64,000 bases of DNA, from positions 260,913 to 324,912 of the IMG/VR virus record IMGVR_UViG_3300034358_000008; one strand, given 5' to 3'. A program made the position numbers and the translations under genes. Shown piece after piece: positions 56,629 through 64,000 of this stretch (its first letter is position 1; each line of letters opens with the position of its first letter). Under the pieces are notes generated by a model, which was not told where the DNA came from, ran no database searches, and saw only the letters and a program-made list of their open reading frames with translations.

Positions 56629-57873
56629 ATGTCGTATATCAACCTAGCTGAACCAAACGAAACTCCAATCAAAGCTTGGGTACAAGGCGTTCCTATTGAG
56701 GAAGAAGCCAAGAAGCAACTCCGTAACATTTCCCGTCTACCGTTTATCCATAAACACGTAGCTGTAATGCCAGACGTACACTTTGGTCTGGGTGCTACCA
56801 TTGGTTCGGTTATCGCTACCAAAGGCGCTATCATCCCTGCTGCGGTAGGTGTGGACATTGGCTGCGGAATGGCAGCCCAACTTACTAACTTCGTCGCTAA
56901 CGATCTACCAGACGACCTCTCGGGGCTTCGTGCACTGATCGAGGCAGGTATCCCTCATGGACGTACTAATAATGGTGGACGTGGGGATCGTGGTGCTTGG
57001 GGTGACTTCAACGTAGTACTTCCTACCCTGAACGTAGAGATGGCTGCTGAAGTAATGTCGATCCGTGAAGGCTTCGCAAACTTAGCTCGCAAGTATCCAA
57101 TCATCTCCCGTGCGGTTGCGGGTGCATTCAACCATGCTGGGACGCTCGGTGGTGGTAACCACTTCGTAGAGATCTGTCTGGATGAATCCGATCAAGTCTG
57201 GATCATGTTGCACTCTGGTTCCCGTGGTGTAGGTAATGCTATCGGTCGTTGCTTCATCGAGAAAGCCAAAGAAGAAATGGTTGAGCGTGGTATCGAACTA
57301 GTAGATACTGATCTGTCGTATCTGGAAGAAAACTCCAAGTTCTATGCTGACTACGTCAATGGTGTTGAGCTGGCTCAGCGTTTCGCTAAGCTGAACCGTT
57401 CCATCATGATGCAGAACACTATCGCTGCACTGGCTAAGTTCATGGGTCGTCCCGTGACCACCACTCTGGGTGCTGTCAACGCACACCACAACTACGTGTC
57501 CTACGAGAATCACTTCGGTGAAGCCGTGACCGTAACTCGTAAGGGTGCAGTATCAGCACAGAAAGACCAGCTGGGTATTATCCCTGGCTCGATGGGTGCT
57601 AAGTCCTTCATTGTTCGTGGTAAGGGTAACGAGGAATCGTTCTGCTCTTGCTCTCATGGTGCAGGTCGTGTGATGTCCCGTAACAAGGCTAAGGCTATCT
57701 TCACCGTGGCTGACCATATCCGTGACACCATGGGTATCGAGTGTCGTAAAGACCAAGGCGTGGTAGATGAAACTCCAAAAGCCTACAAGGATATCGATGC
57801 AGTGATGTTGGCTCAGGCCGACCTCGTTGAGATCGTTCATACCCTCCGTCAAGTAGTTTGTGTAAAGGGGTAA
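56629..57873 (+). CDS. rtcB: RtcB 3'-phosphate RNA ligase
   Basis: MPDVH.G.G..IG, VGVDIGCG, GTLGGGNHF.E, HSGSRG, HHN, PGSMG, SCSHGAGR, DE.P.AYK. Confidence 0.96.
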   Translation: MSYINLAEPNETPIKAWVQGVPIEEEAKKQLRNISRLPFIHKHVAVMPDVHFGLGATIGSVIATKGAIIPAAVGVDIGCGMAAQLTNFVANDLPDDLSGLRALIEAGIPHGRTNNGGRGDRGAWGDFNVVLPTLNVEMAAEVMSIREGFANLARKYPIISRAVAGAFNHAGTLGGGNHFVEICLDESDQVWIMLHSGSRGVGNAIGRCFIEKAKEEMVERGIELVDTDLSYLEENSKFYADYVNGVELAQRFAKLNRSIMMQNTIAALAKFMGRPVTTTLGAVNAHHNYVSYENHFGEAVTVTRKGAVSAQKDQLGIIPGSMGAKSFIVRGKGNEESFCSCSHGAGRVMSRNKAKAIFTVADHIRDTMGIECRKDQGVVDETPKAYKDIDAVMLAQADLVEIVHTLRQVVCVKG

Positions 57874-57877
57874 GACT

Positions 57878-58066
57878 ATGATTATCGCACACACGGTACT
57901 TTGGACATTCTTCTTCATCATGTCTCTGATGTTTTATTTGACCAAAGATAGTTATTCTGGCTTCAGTGCGCTGGTCAGTTTTGGTTGGGTCATCAGCCTC
58001 TATGGGTTTGCACTAAGTGTATTCGCAGGGATCATCAAGTTGCTAGCTACATTAGCTGGGTTCTAA
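57878..58066 (+). CDS. Small 2-TM membrane protein
   Basis: Hydrophobic pattern. Confidence 0.6.
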   Translation: MIIAHTVLWTFFFIMSLMFYLTKDSYSGFSALVSFGWVISLYGFALSVFAGIIKLLATLAGF

Positions 58067-58096
58067 GCCAATTCAATAAATTTCAGATTTATATCA
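58067..58096 (+). promoter_or_regulatory. Putative early promoter
   Basis: GCCAATTCAATAAATTTCAGATTTATATCA. Confidence 0.75.
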
Positions 58097-58129
58097 CTGT
58101 GGTGTAATGAATCCAATTGAGACTAAGAA

Positions 58130-59014
58130 ATGATCAAGCTCAAACTAGTATCGCATAACGGTCGTGGTATGACTCCACGTGAATGGACAACTATTGACGC
58201 TCCGGTGTTTAAAGGAGGTGAGGTTAATCCTTGCCTTCACATTGACATCATCAATGCTCTGCCTTATGCAGCTAACGTAACACTCAAGACTTACTTGAAC
58301 GACCCGGCTACTGGCTTTGAACTGATGTTGGTAGTAGATGCTATCCGTCAGATCAACCCAGAAGTAAAGCTATTCCTTGAAATGGGTTACACGCCATACG
58401 CCCGGCAAGACCGTGTATGCAATCCGGGTGAAGCTAACGGGATCGCCGTATTCGCTCGGGTACTCAACATGCTGAAGTTTAACGAGGTTCGTATTCTCGA
58501 TCCTCACAGCGATGTTGCTCCTGCGGTGATCAACAACTCGGTGATTCGTTCACTGGCTGAAGTGATCCAGATCGTACAAGACTACAATCCTGAGAACATC
58601 AAGGACACGTACTTGGTAGCTCCTGATGCAGGGGCACAGAAACGTGTGAAAGCACTGGCTAAAGAACTAGGTGCTGCTGGCTACATCTTTGCAACCAAAG
58701 AACGTGATCTTGAAACCATGGAGATCACAGGTACTCGATTCGATTCGGATACCACAGGTAAGAAACTGTTGGTGGTAGACGACATCTGTGATGGTGGTCG
58801 TACTTTCATTGCTCTGGCTAAAGCTATTCGTGAACATGGCGAACCGGCTAAGCTGGAACTCTGGGTTACTCACGGTATCTTCTCCTACGGCACTGAAGTT
58901 GTGACTGAGCATTACGATGCTGTTACTTCCACGAACACTTTCCAGCCTTACGCCTTGGGTAACAAGGATAACGCTGGTAATGTCAATCCAAAAATGAACT
59001 GGCTGAATATTTAA
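58130..59014 (+). CDS. prs: Ribose-phosphate pyrophosphokinase-like (NARP1 Adps-type ADPR-PP synthetase)
   Basis: F.GGE, PYARQDR, DPHS, APDAGA, VVDDICDGGRTF, VTHGIFS; paired with the NAMPT-like gene. Confidence 0.88.
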   Translation: MIKLKLVSHNGRGMTPREWTTIDAPVFKGGEVNPCLHIDIINALPYAANVTLKTYLNDPATGFELMLVVDAIRQINPEVKLFLEMGYTPYARQDRVCNPGEANGIAVFARVLNMLKFNEVRILDPHSDVAPAVINNSVIRSLAEVIQIVQDYNPENIKDTYLVAPDAGAQKRVKALAKELGAAGYIFATKERDLETMEITGTRFDSDTTGKKLLVVDDICDGGRTFIALAKAIREHGEPAKLELWVTHGIFSYGTEVVTEHYDAVTSTNTFQPYALGNKDNAGNVNPKMNWLNI

Positions 59015-59024
59015 GGGATACCGA

Positions 59025-60761
59025 ATGTCTACTAATTTCGAATTGTTTGCCCCAACCGTTGCTGACGGCTACAAAATGGGCCATGGTCCACTCTATCCAG
59101 AAGGCACTAACTTCGCTTACGGTAACGGTACTCCACGTTCCGACCGCCTGTTCATGGGTTCCAAGTCCCAATCGATTCACTGGGATAACAAAGTAGTATG
59201 GTTCGGTATTCAAGCAGTGATGCGTGAAGTACACGGCCTGTGGGAACGCAGTTTCTTTAATAAAGATAAGAACTCTGTGATCCGCCGTTACAAACGTCGT
59301 ATGGAAACCTACCTCGGTGAAGGCATGGTTGATATCGAAGCAATGGCTGCTCTGCACGATCTGGGCTACCTGCCTATTACTGTGCTGAGTATTCCAGAAG
59401 GTTCCCGCCTGAACATGAACGTTCCGGGTTACGTGATCTATAACACTGTCCCTGAGTTCTACTGGGTAGTGAACTATCTCGAAACCATCATGTCCTCGCT
59501 GATCTGGGCAATGATCACCAACGCGACTATCGCTTACGAGTATCGTCGTGTACTGGAGCACTTCGCTGAGCTGACCGGTTCCCCAATCGAGTCCATCGAC
59601 TTCCAAGGTCATGACTTTGCACTGCGTGGTATCAACAACCCATACGCAGCAGCCTTCTCGAACTCCGGTCACTTGATCTTCTTTAAAGGTACTGACACTC
59701 TGCCTGCGATTGACTTCGTAGAAGACATGTACTTTGCTAATGCTGAGAAAGAGTTCCTTGCTACGTCGGTAGTAGCTACCGAACACGCCGTGGCAACTTC
59801 GAACATTCTCTACAACCTCGAAATGTGGTTGCGTGAACAAGGTACTGCTCGAGCTGATCTGGATGTTGCAGCTTACGCTAAAGCGCAGTTGGTTGCTGAA
59901 CGTAAGTTCATTCTGGAAGCCATTACCAAGAAAGTCCCACGTGGGATTATCTCGTTGGTATGTGACTCGTTTGACTTCTGGGGTGTTCTGACTGTAGTGG
60001 CTCCTTCGCTGAAAGAAGAGATCCTCGCTCGTCAACCAGATGCTAACGGTCTGGCTAAAGTGGTGTTCCGTCCAGATTCGGGTGACCCAGTAGAAGTGAT
60101 CTGTGGTGTTGAGATCCTGACTGTATCTGAAGTCTCGGATCTGATTCAGGCAGGTAAATGGGTTACCGGTAAGTTCGTCAGCATCGATGGCGTGATCAAC
60201 AAGATCTCTCTGGAACGTGATGGCTACGAATATACTCCGGTAGAACTGACCGCTGAACAGAAGGGTGCTGTTCAGGTCCTCTGGGAGATCTTTGGTGGCA
60301 CGGAAACCGCACTGGGGTACAAAGTCCTGCACGAACGTGTTGGCTTGATCTACGGCGATTCTATCACCGTTGAGCGTACTCAAGAAATCATGCGTCGCCT
60401 GATGAAGAAAGGCTTCGCTAGCTGCAACTGGGTACTGGGTATCGGTTCGTACACCTATCAACACAACACACGTGATACCTTTGGCTTTGCTGTTAAAGCA
60501 ACTGCTATTCAGGTTGAAGACGTATTCGTTGAGTTGTTCAAAGCACCGAAGACTGAAGGGACTACTGCCAAGAAATCGGCAATGGGTTTCCTTAAAGTTG
60601 AACGTGCTGCTAACGGTGACTACGTACTCCAACAAAACCAAACCTTCGGGATTGATGAAATCGATACGGCATCGGGTGAACTGAAACCTGTCTATAAAGA
60701 CGGTACCTTCCCTAATGAAGTAACCTTTGCACAAGTACGTGAGCGTGCAGCTCGGGGCTAA
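59025..60761 (+). CDS. nadV: Nicotinamide phosphoribosyltransferase-like (NARP1 Namat-type)
   Basis: DGYK.GH..LYP, HDFALRG, GTDT, ATEH, RPDSGDP, LIYGDSI, GIGS, RDTFGFAVK, KKSA.G. Confidence 0.9.
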   Translation: MSTNFELFAPTVADGYKMGHGPLYPEGTNFAYGNGTPRSDRLFMGSKSQSIHWDNKVVWFGIQAVMREVHGLWERSFFNKDKNSVIRRYKRRMETYLGEGMVDIEAMAALHDLGYLPITVLSIPEGSRLNMNVPGYVIYNTVPEFYWVVNYLETIMSSLIWAMITNATIAYEYRRVLEHFAELTGSPIESIDFQGHDFALRGINNPYAAAFSNSGHLIFFKGTDTLPAIDFVEDMYFANAEKEFLATSVVATEHAVATSNILYNLEMWLREQGTARADLDVAAYAKAQLVAERKFILEAITKKVPRGIISLVCDSFDFWGVLTVVAPSLKEEILARQPDANGLAKVVFRPDSGDPVEVICGVEILTVSEVSDLIQAGKWVTGKFVSIDGVINKISLERDGYEYTPVELTAEQKGAVQVLWEIFGGTETALGYKVLHERVGLIYGDSITVERTQEIMRRLMKKGFASCNWVLGIGSYTYQHNTRDTFGFAVKATAIQVEDVFVELFKAPKTEGTTAKKSAMGFLKVERAANGDYVLQQNQTFGIDEIDTASGELKPVYKDGTFPNEVTFAQVRERAARG

Positions 60762-60762
60762 G

Positions 60763-61161
60763 ATGATCTTCACTATGGATCTACTCAATAAACATCCAAC
60801 CTATCGTGAGGCGCTTAAGACATTCCTTGAGCATCCCTGCGTTAAGGATGGAGTACTGTGTGAATACGGTAGTCCTGTAAAGGGTGAGTTAGATTTCGCA
60901 TCGTGGATGAAACGTGTAATGCATGTCGATGACGATCGCATCTGTGTGCGGTTAACTAACCCAGTATGGGAGGATATTAGCGTTAGCTTTACGGCTGAGC
61001 CTTATGGTCCATTCGCTGAAACATTCATGGCTCTTCGTGAGTGTGGTGCACGCTTTGCCATATCGACACGTAAGTTAGAGGGTCAGGGTGGTGAAGTTCG
61101 TCAGGTCTATGCATTAGACATGATTGACTACAGACGCCATATCGACCATCAACCTCAGTAA
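60763..61161 (+). CDS. Hypothetical protein
   Basis: ATG immediately after the NAMPT stop. Confidence 0.65.
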   Translation: MIFTMDLLNKHPTYREALKTFLEHPCVKDGVLCEYGSPVKGELDFASWMKRVMHVDDDRICVRLTNPVWEDISVSFTAEPYGPFAETFMALRECGARFAISTRKLEGQGGEVRQVYALDMIDYRRHIDHQPQ

Positions 61162-61162
61162 C

Positions 61163-61210
61163 GACATATCGCTCCTACCTTCGGGTAGGAGCTTTCTTTT
61201 ATTTCTTTTT
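61163..61210 (+). terminator. Intrinsic terminator
   Basis: GCTCCTACC-TTCG-GGTAGGAGC with T tract. Confidence 0.85.
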
Positions 61211-61218
61211 GGTGATCT

Positions 61219-61422
61219 ATGCATCCGTTAGCTCCGCTATTAACAATGTTGCTATCCATGGTACTGGTGTTTGGATTTAACTATTGTTGGATGGGTAGCG
61301 CAAAGCCAGTATACAACAATCCTGTCGTCTTTAATGATGGTGGTAACCCATGGTGGCTAATTCCGATCTTTCTTTCATTTGTTGGGTTCGTAGCTAGTTT
61401 AATCTGGCTGGGTGGTCAATAG
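61219..61422 (+). CDS. Small 2-TM membrane protein
   Basis: Hydrophobic pattern; GGTGA RBS. Confidence 0.6.
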   Translation: MHPLAPLLTMLLSMVLVFGFNYCWMGSAKPVYNNPVVFNDGGNPWWLIPIFLSFVGFVASLIWLGGQ

Positions 61423-61445
61423 ATTTTATTTGAGATCTATATCAT
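61417..61445 (+). promoter_or_regulatory. Putative early promoter
   Basis: CAATAGATTTTATTTGAGATCTATATCAT. Confidence 0.65.
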
Positions 61446-61480
61446 GCTCTCGTAAGCAATATTAACTAGAGGAAAATAAA

Positions 61481-62611
61481 ATGGCTCCGATGGCAAAGAT
61501 TACATTTAAAGCTCTACTCGATTGGTTCATGGAAACCAATGCTCGGTATTGGAATATCCATGTACAAGCTGCGCAGTTCGATTCGCAAGAATACATCTCC
61601 ACTATGAGCCCTGCTACGGGTATGATCTGTTTGAACATCTCGGCTAACGCTACCCGCGGGTTCGATATGGATGATGAGAAGTTCTGGTTCTGGTCTCGGT
61701 TCCAAGGTAAAGAGATCTTCCTCGAAGTTCCTTACACGGCTGTAATGTGCGCAGTTGATCCAGAAACCGGTATCCCTAATTTGTTCCCGTACTTCGAAGA
61801 CTGGGGTGATATTGAAATGGACCTGCCTGATGAACTGAAACCAACAGATATTGAAATCATGCCTAACGGCAATCACCTCATCCGGTTTGGTAATAATACT
61901 TCTCAGGAAATGGAACCTTTGTCAGACGAAGAGGTAGAAGCTCTGCGTGCCGATATCCTCGCTCGGGCAAAACCAGATATGGCTATTCCCGACAGCGTAG
62001 TAAAGGTTCTCAACTTTGATGGTAATCCTGTTGAAGTTAAGATCCCAACCATGGCCGAGTTGGATGAACTTAATAAGCTGTGGCGTGAACAAGGTATGTC
62101 CATTCAGGCAGATGGTTTCACTGTTGGACCAGATGGTAAACTGGTAGTGCGGGCTAGCACATTGAACGATAGTGTGATTCACGTTGACTTCAAAGGTAAT
62201 AGCGTACCCACCTTCGATGGGGATGCAACGATCCTTAACTTCCCCGGTAAATCGGAAATAAAGATCGAAGAACCGAAGTTGCTGAAACACGATACCTTGG
62301 AAACCCGTGTACGGGATCGTCACTGGACTGTCATCGAGGGCGGTAAGACTAAACCCGAAGCTACTATGCCTTGGATCGATACAGTCTACCGTGAGAAGCG
62401 TGCACGCCGTGAAGCAGCTGAATTGACAAAAGATAAAATGGTCATCGGTAATGAGATGAAGTCTACTCAACCAGAGATTCGGTCAGATGGTTCTACCGGT
62501 GAGAGTTCGTTCTTCCCTAATCTGGATGTATCGAAATGCACTTGGCCAGGTAAACGTAAAGCCCGACCTGAATGGTTGACTGTACATAAAGGTGGTGAAC
62601 ATGTTGCGTAA
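61481..62611 (+). CDS. sspB: SspB-like ClpXP adaptor with long disordered tail
   Basis: ALLDWF...ICLNIS.NAT....MDD..F.F.SRFQG....LEVPY.AV.....PETG aligns with the SspB core. Confidence 0.8.
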   Translation: MAPMAKITFKALLDWFMETNARYWNIHVQAAQFDSQEYISTMSPATGMICLNISANATRGFDMDDEKFWFWSRFQGKEIFLEVPYTAVMCAVDPETGIPNLFPYFEDWGDIEMDLPDELKPTDIEIMPNGNHLIRFGNNTSQEMEPLSDEEVEALRADILARAKPDMAIPDSVVKVLNFDGNPVEVKIPTMAELDELNKLWREQGMSIQADGFTVGPDGKLVVRASTLNDSVIHVDFKGNSVPTFDGDATILNFPGKSEIKIEEPKLLKHDTLETRVRDRHWTVIEGGKTKPEATMPWIDTVYREKRARREAAELTKDKMVIGNEMKSTQPEIRSDGSTGESSFFPNLDVSKCTWPGKRKARPEWLTVHKGGEHVA

Positions 62612-63098
62612 CGTTTTAGTAAAGCAGGTTATTGTGGATGCTATCGCCCGGATGGAAATGGTATCCGATTCACTTGATCTGTGGATCGTAATAGCCATGG
62701 CTCCAGAAGTTGTTCCATTGGTAGCTGAGGCGCTCGATCCTGAACGCAACAGCGAGGCCGTAGTAATGGCATTGGGTGATGTAAAATCCAGGACTATGTC
62801 TTTGGGATTGGGCCCACTGACGCGCAATACACGTACGGTTGCTAATGATGACCATTTGTCAGTTACCCTCCCAGAGGGTAAGGTGGTTAACATTCCTTAC
62901 GCTGCTATTTACTGCACTGCTACCACAGGATCATTAGCAGACACACTGGTATGGCATCGTTCTACTGAACTGGGCCAAGACATTGCATACTTGGATATGG
63001 TTGAACCAGAACATGGTAGTCCAAGCTTCCATGGTTTAAGTTCTCCCAATAGGATCACTTATGTCGCCCATTCTAATTCACTAAAGGTAAATACATGA
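62601..63098 (+). CDS. Divergent second SspB-like protein
   Basis: MSLGLGP...ANDDHLSVT...VNIPYAAIYC resembles the SspB core beta region. Confidence 0.5.
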   Translation: MLRNVLVKQVIVDAIARMEMVSDSLDLWIVIAMAPEVVPLVAEALDPERNSEAVVMALGDVKSRTMSLGLGPLTRNTRTVANDDHLSVTLPEGKVVNIPYAAIYCTATTGSLADTLVWHRSTELGQDIAYLDMVEPEHGSPSFHGLSSPNRITYVAHSNSLKVNT

Positions 63099-64000
63099 AA
63101 CCCTATCTTGACTCGATTCAAATGATCAAAGACCTCGGCATCTTCAAAGGTGATCGTACCGGTACGGGTACACAGTCGATGTTCGGTCAGCATGAACGCT
63201 ACGACCTACGTAACAATAAGTTGCCTGTAGTCACCACCAAGAAGATCCACCTGCACTCGGTGATTCATGAACTGATCTGGATGTCTTCTGGCGATACACG
63301 TGTAGACTATTTGATCCGTAAAGGTGTTCGTATCTGGAACGAGTGGGTTAAACCGGAAACCGCCGTTTACGAAGATCTCAGTGAAGCCGAACTTCAAGCT
63401 AAGATAGATAAACATATTGGCGGCCACTGGGTATTGGCTTTCACCACCATCGAAACTGAAGATGGTATTGAAGTTCTTGACATCCAAGACTATCTGGAAA
63501 AATTAGATGCCGCAGCGGTCTCTGCTTTCTGGGGACAATACCCACAAATCACTGACCGCGAAAGCATTAAGAAAGTTGTACGGGTTAACCTGCTTAGCTG
63601 GAAAGAAGCTGAACAGCCAGTCAACCCGTTGGCCTTCTTTGGGCATGAGTGCTTGATTCGCCTACATCGCTTGTTCTTCAAGTCCGAACCACAGCGTTTG
63701 ATCGGTGGTGATCTGGGTGCAGTGTACGGTAAGACTTGGCGTAACATCGAAGACATCCGTATTATTCCTAAACTGGAATGGGCTGACTTCGAGAAACGTG
63801 GTTTTCAATTCGTCGTAGATATTCCGGGTACCGATGCTTCAAGTGATCGTTGTGTTGTACAGCGTCGTATCGATCAACTACAAGATGTAATGGATCAACT
63901 AGCTAATGGTCCAGACTCCCGCCGTATCATCGTTTGTGCATGGGACCCACGTCTGGTAGAAGATCAAGCATTACCGCCGTGCCACTGCTTCTTCCAGACG
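63095..64000 (+). CDS. thyA: Thymidylate synthase with large insertion; runs off the window end
   Basis: ATG 63095; DRTGTGT, TTKK, ELIW, IWNEW, GDLG.VYG..WR, DQL...DSRRIIVCAWDP, LPPCH. Confidence 0.95.
   Translation, partial: MKPYLDSIQMIKDLGIFKGDRTGTGTQSMFGQHERYDLRNNKLPVVTTKKIHLHSVIHELIWMSSGDTRVDYLIRKGVRIWNEWVKPETAVYEDLSEAELQAKIDKHIGGHWVLAFTTIETEDGIEVLDIQDYLEKLDAAAVSAFWGQYPQITDRESIKKVVRVNLLSWKEAEQPVNPLAFFGHECLIRLHRLFFKSEPQRLIGGDLGAVYGKTWRNIEDIRIIPKLEWADFEKRGFQFVVDIPGTDASSDRCVVQRRIDQLQDVMDQLANGPDSRRIIVCAWDPRLVEDQALPPCHCFFQT

Noticed and set aside
58983-60788. 601-aa minus-strand ORF
   Set aside because: Mirror of the NAMPT-like gene; the same artefact is seen opposite other highly expressed genes
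1-64000. tRNA genes or CRISPR arrays
   Set aside because: No cloverleaf with T-loop/CCA and no regularly spaced direct repeats found by eye; a tRNAscan or CRISPR finder run would confirm

Overview
This window is a 64-kb segment of a phiKZ-like (nucleus-forming) Pseudomonas jumbo phage genome. Gene order and sizes suggest a 201phi2-1/PhiPA3-type relative; this is an inference and no database search was run. The left ~14 kb is the conserved virion block: split virion RNAP beta and beta' subunits, a 2371-aa tail protein with a C-terminal lytic transglycosylase, and a gp182-like protein. The rest is mostly densely packed plus-strand accessory genes, driven by a repeated AT-rich ...AGATTTATATCA promoter motif and punctuated by UUCG hairpin terminators. 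Recognisable enzymes are thymidylate kinase, a DEDD exonuclease, a GIY-YIG homing endonuclease, an SF2 helicase, an AAA ATPase, a QueC-like ATP pyrophosphatase, a SLOG protein, an HD alarmone hydrolase, dCTP deaminase, NAD-dependent ligase, RtcB, a PRS-like/NAMPT-like pair (NARP1-type), two SspB-like proteins and thymidylate synthase (truncated by the window). The most unusual observations are: (1) a terminator-bounded, ORF-free structured RNA locus (~32820-33000) displaying a 23-nt near-perfect complement to the 3' end of 16S rRNA; (2) a Tad1-like nucleotide sponge fused to an acidic, head-protease-type propeptide; (3) a catalytically dead LigA adenylation-domain paralogue that keeps the NMN-binding residues, directly upstream of the intact ligase; (4) a tandem SspB pair with a multivalent ClpX-docking tail; (5) an orphan QueC-like gene plus AAA ATPase embedded in arrays of Arg/Asp-rich microproteins.
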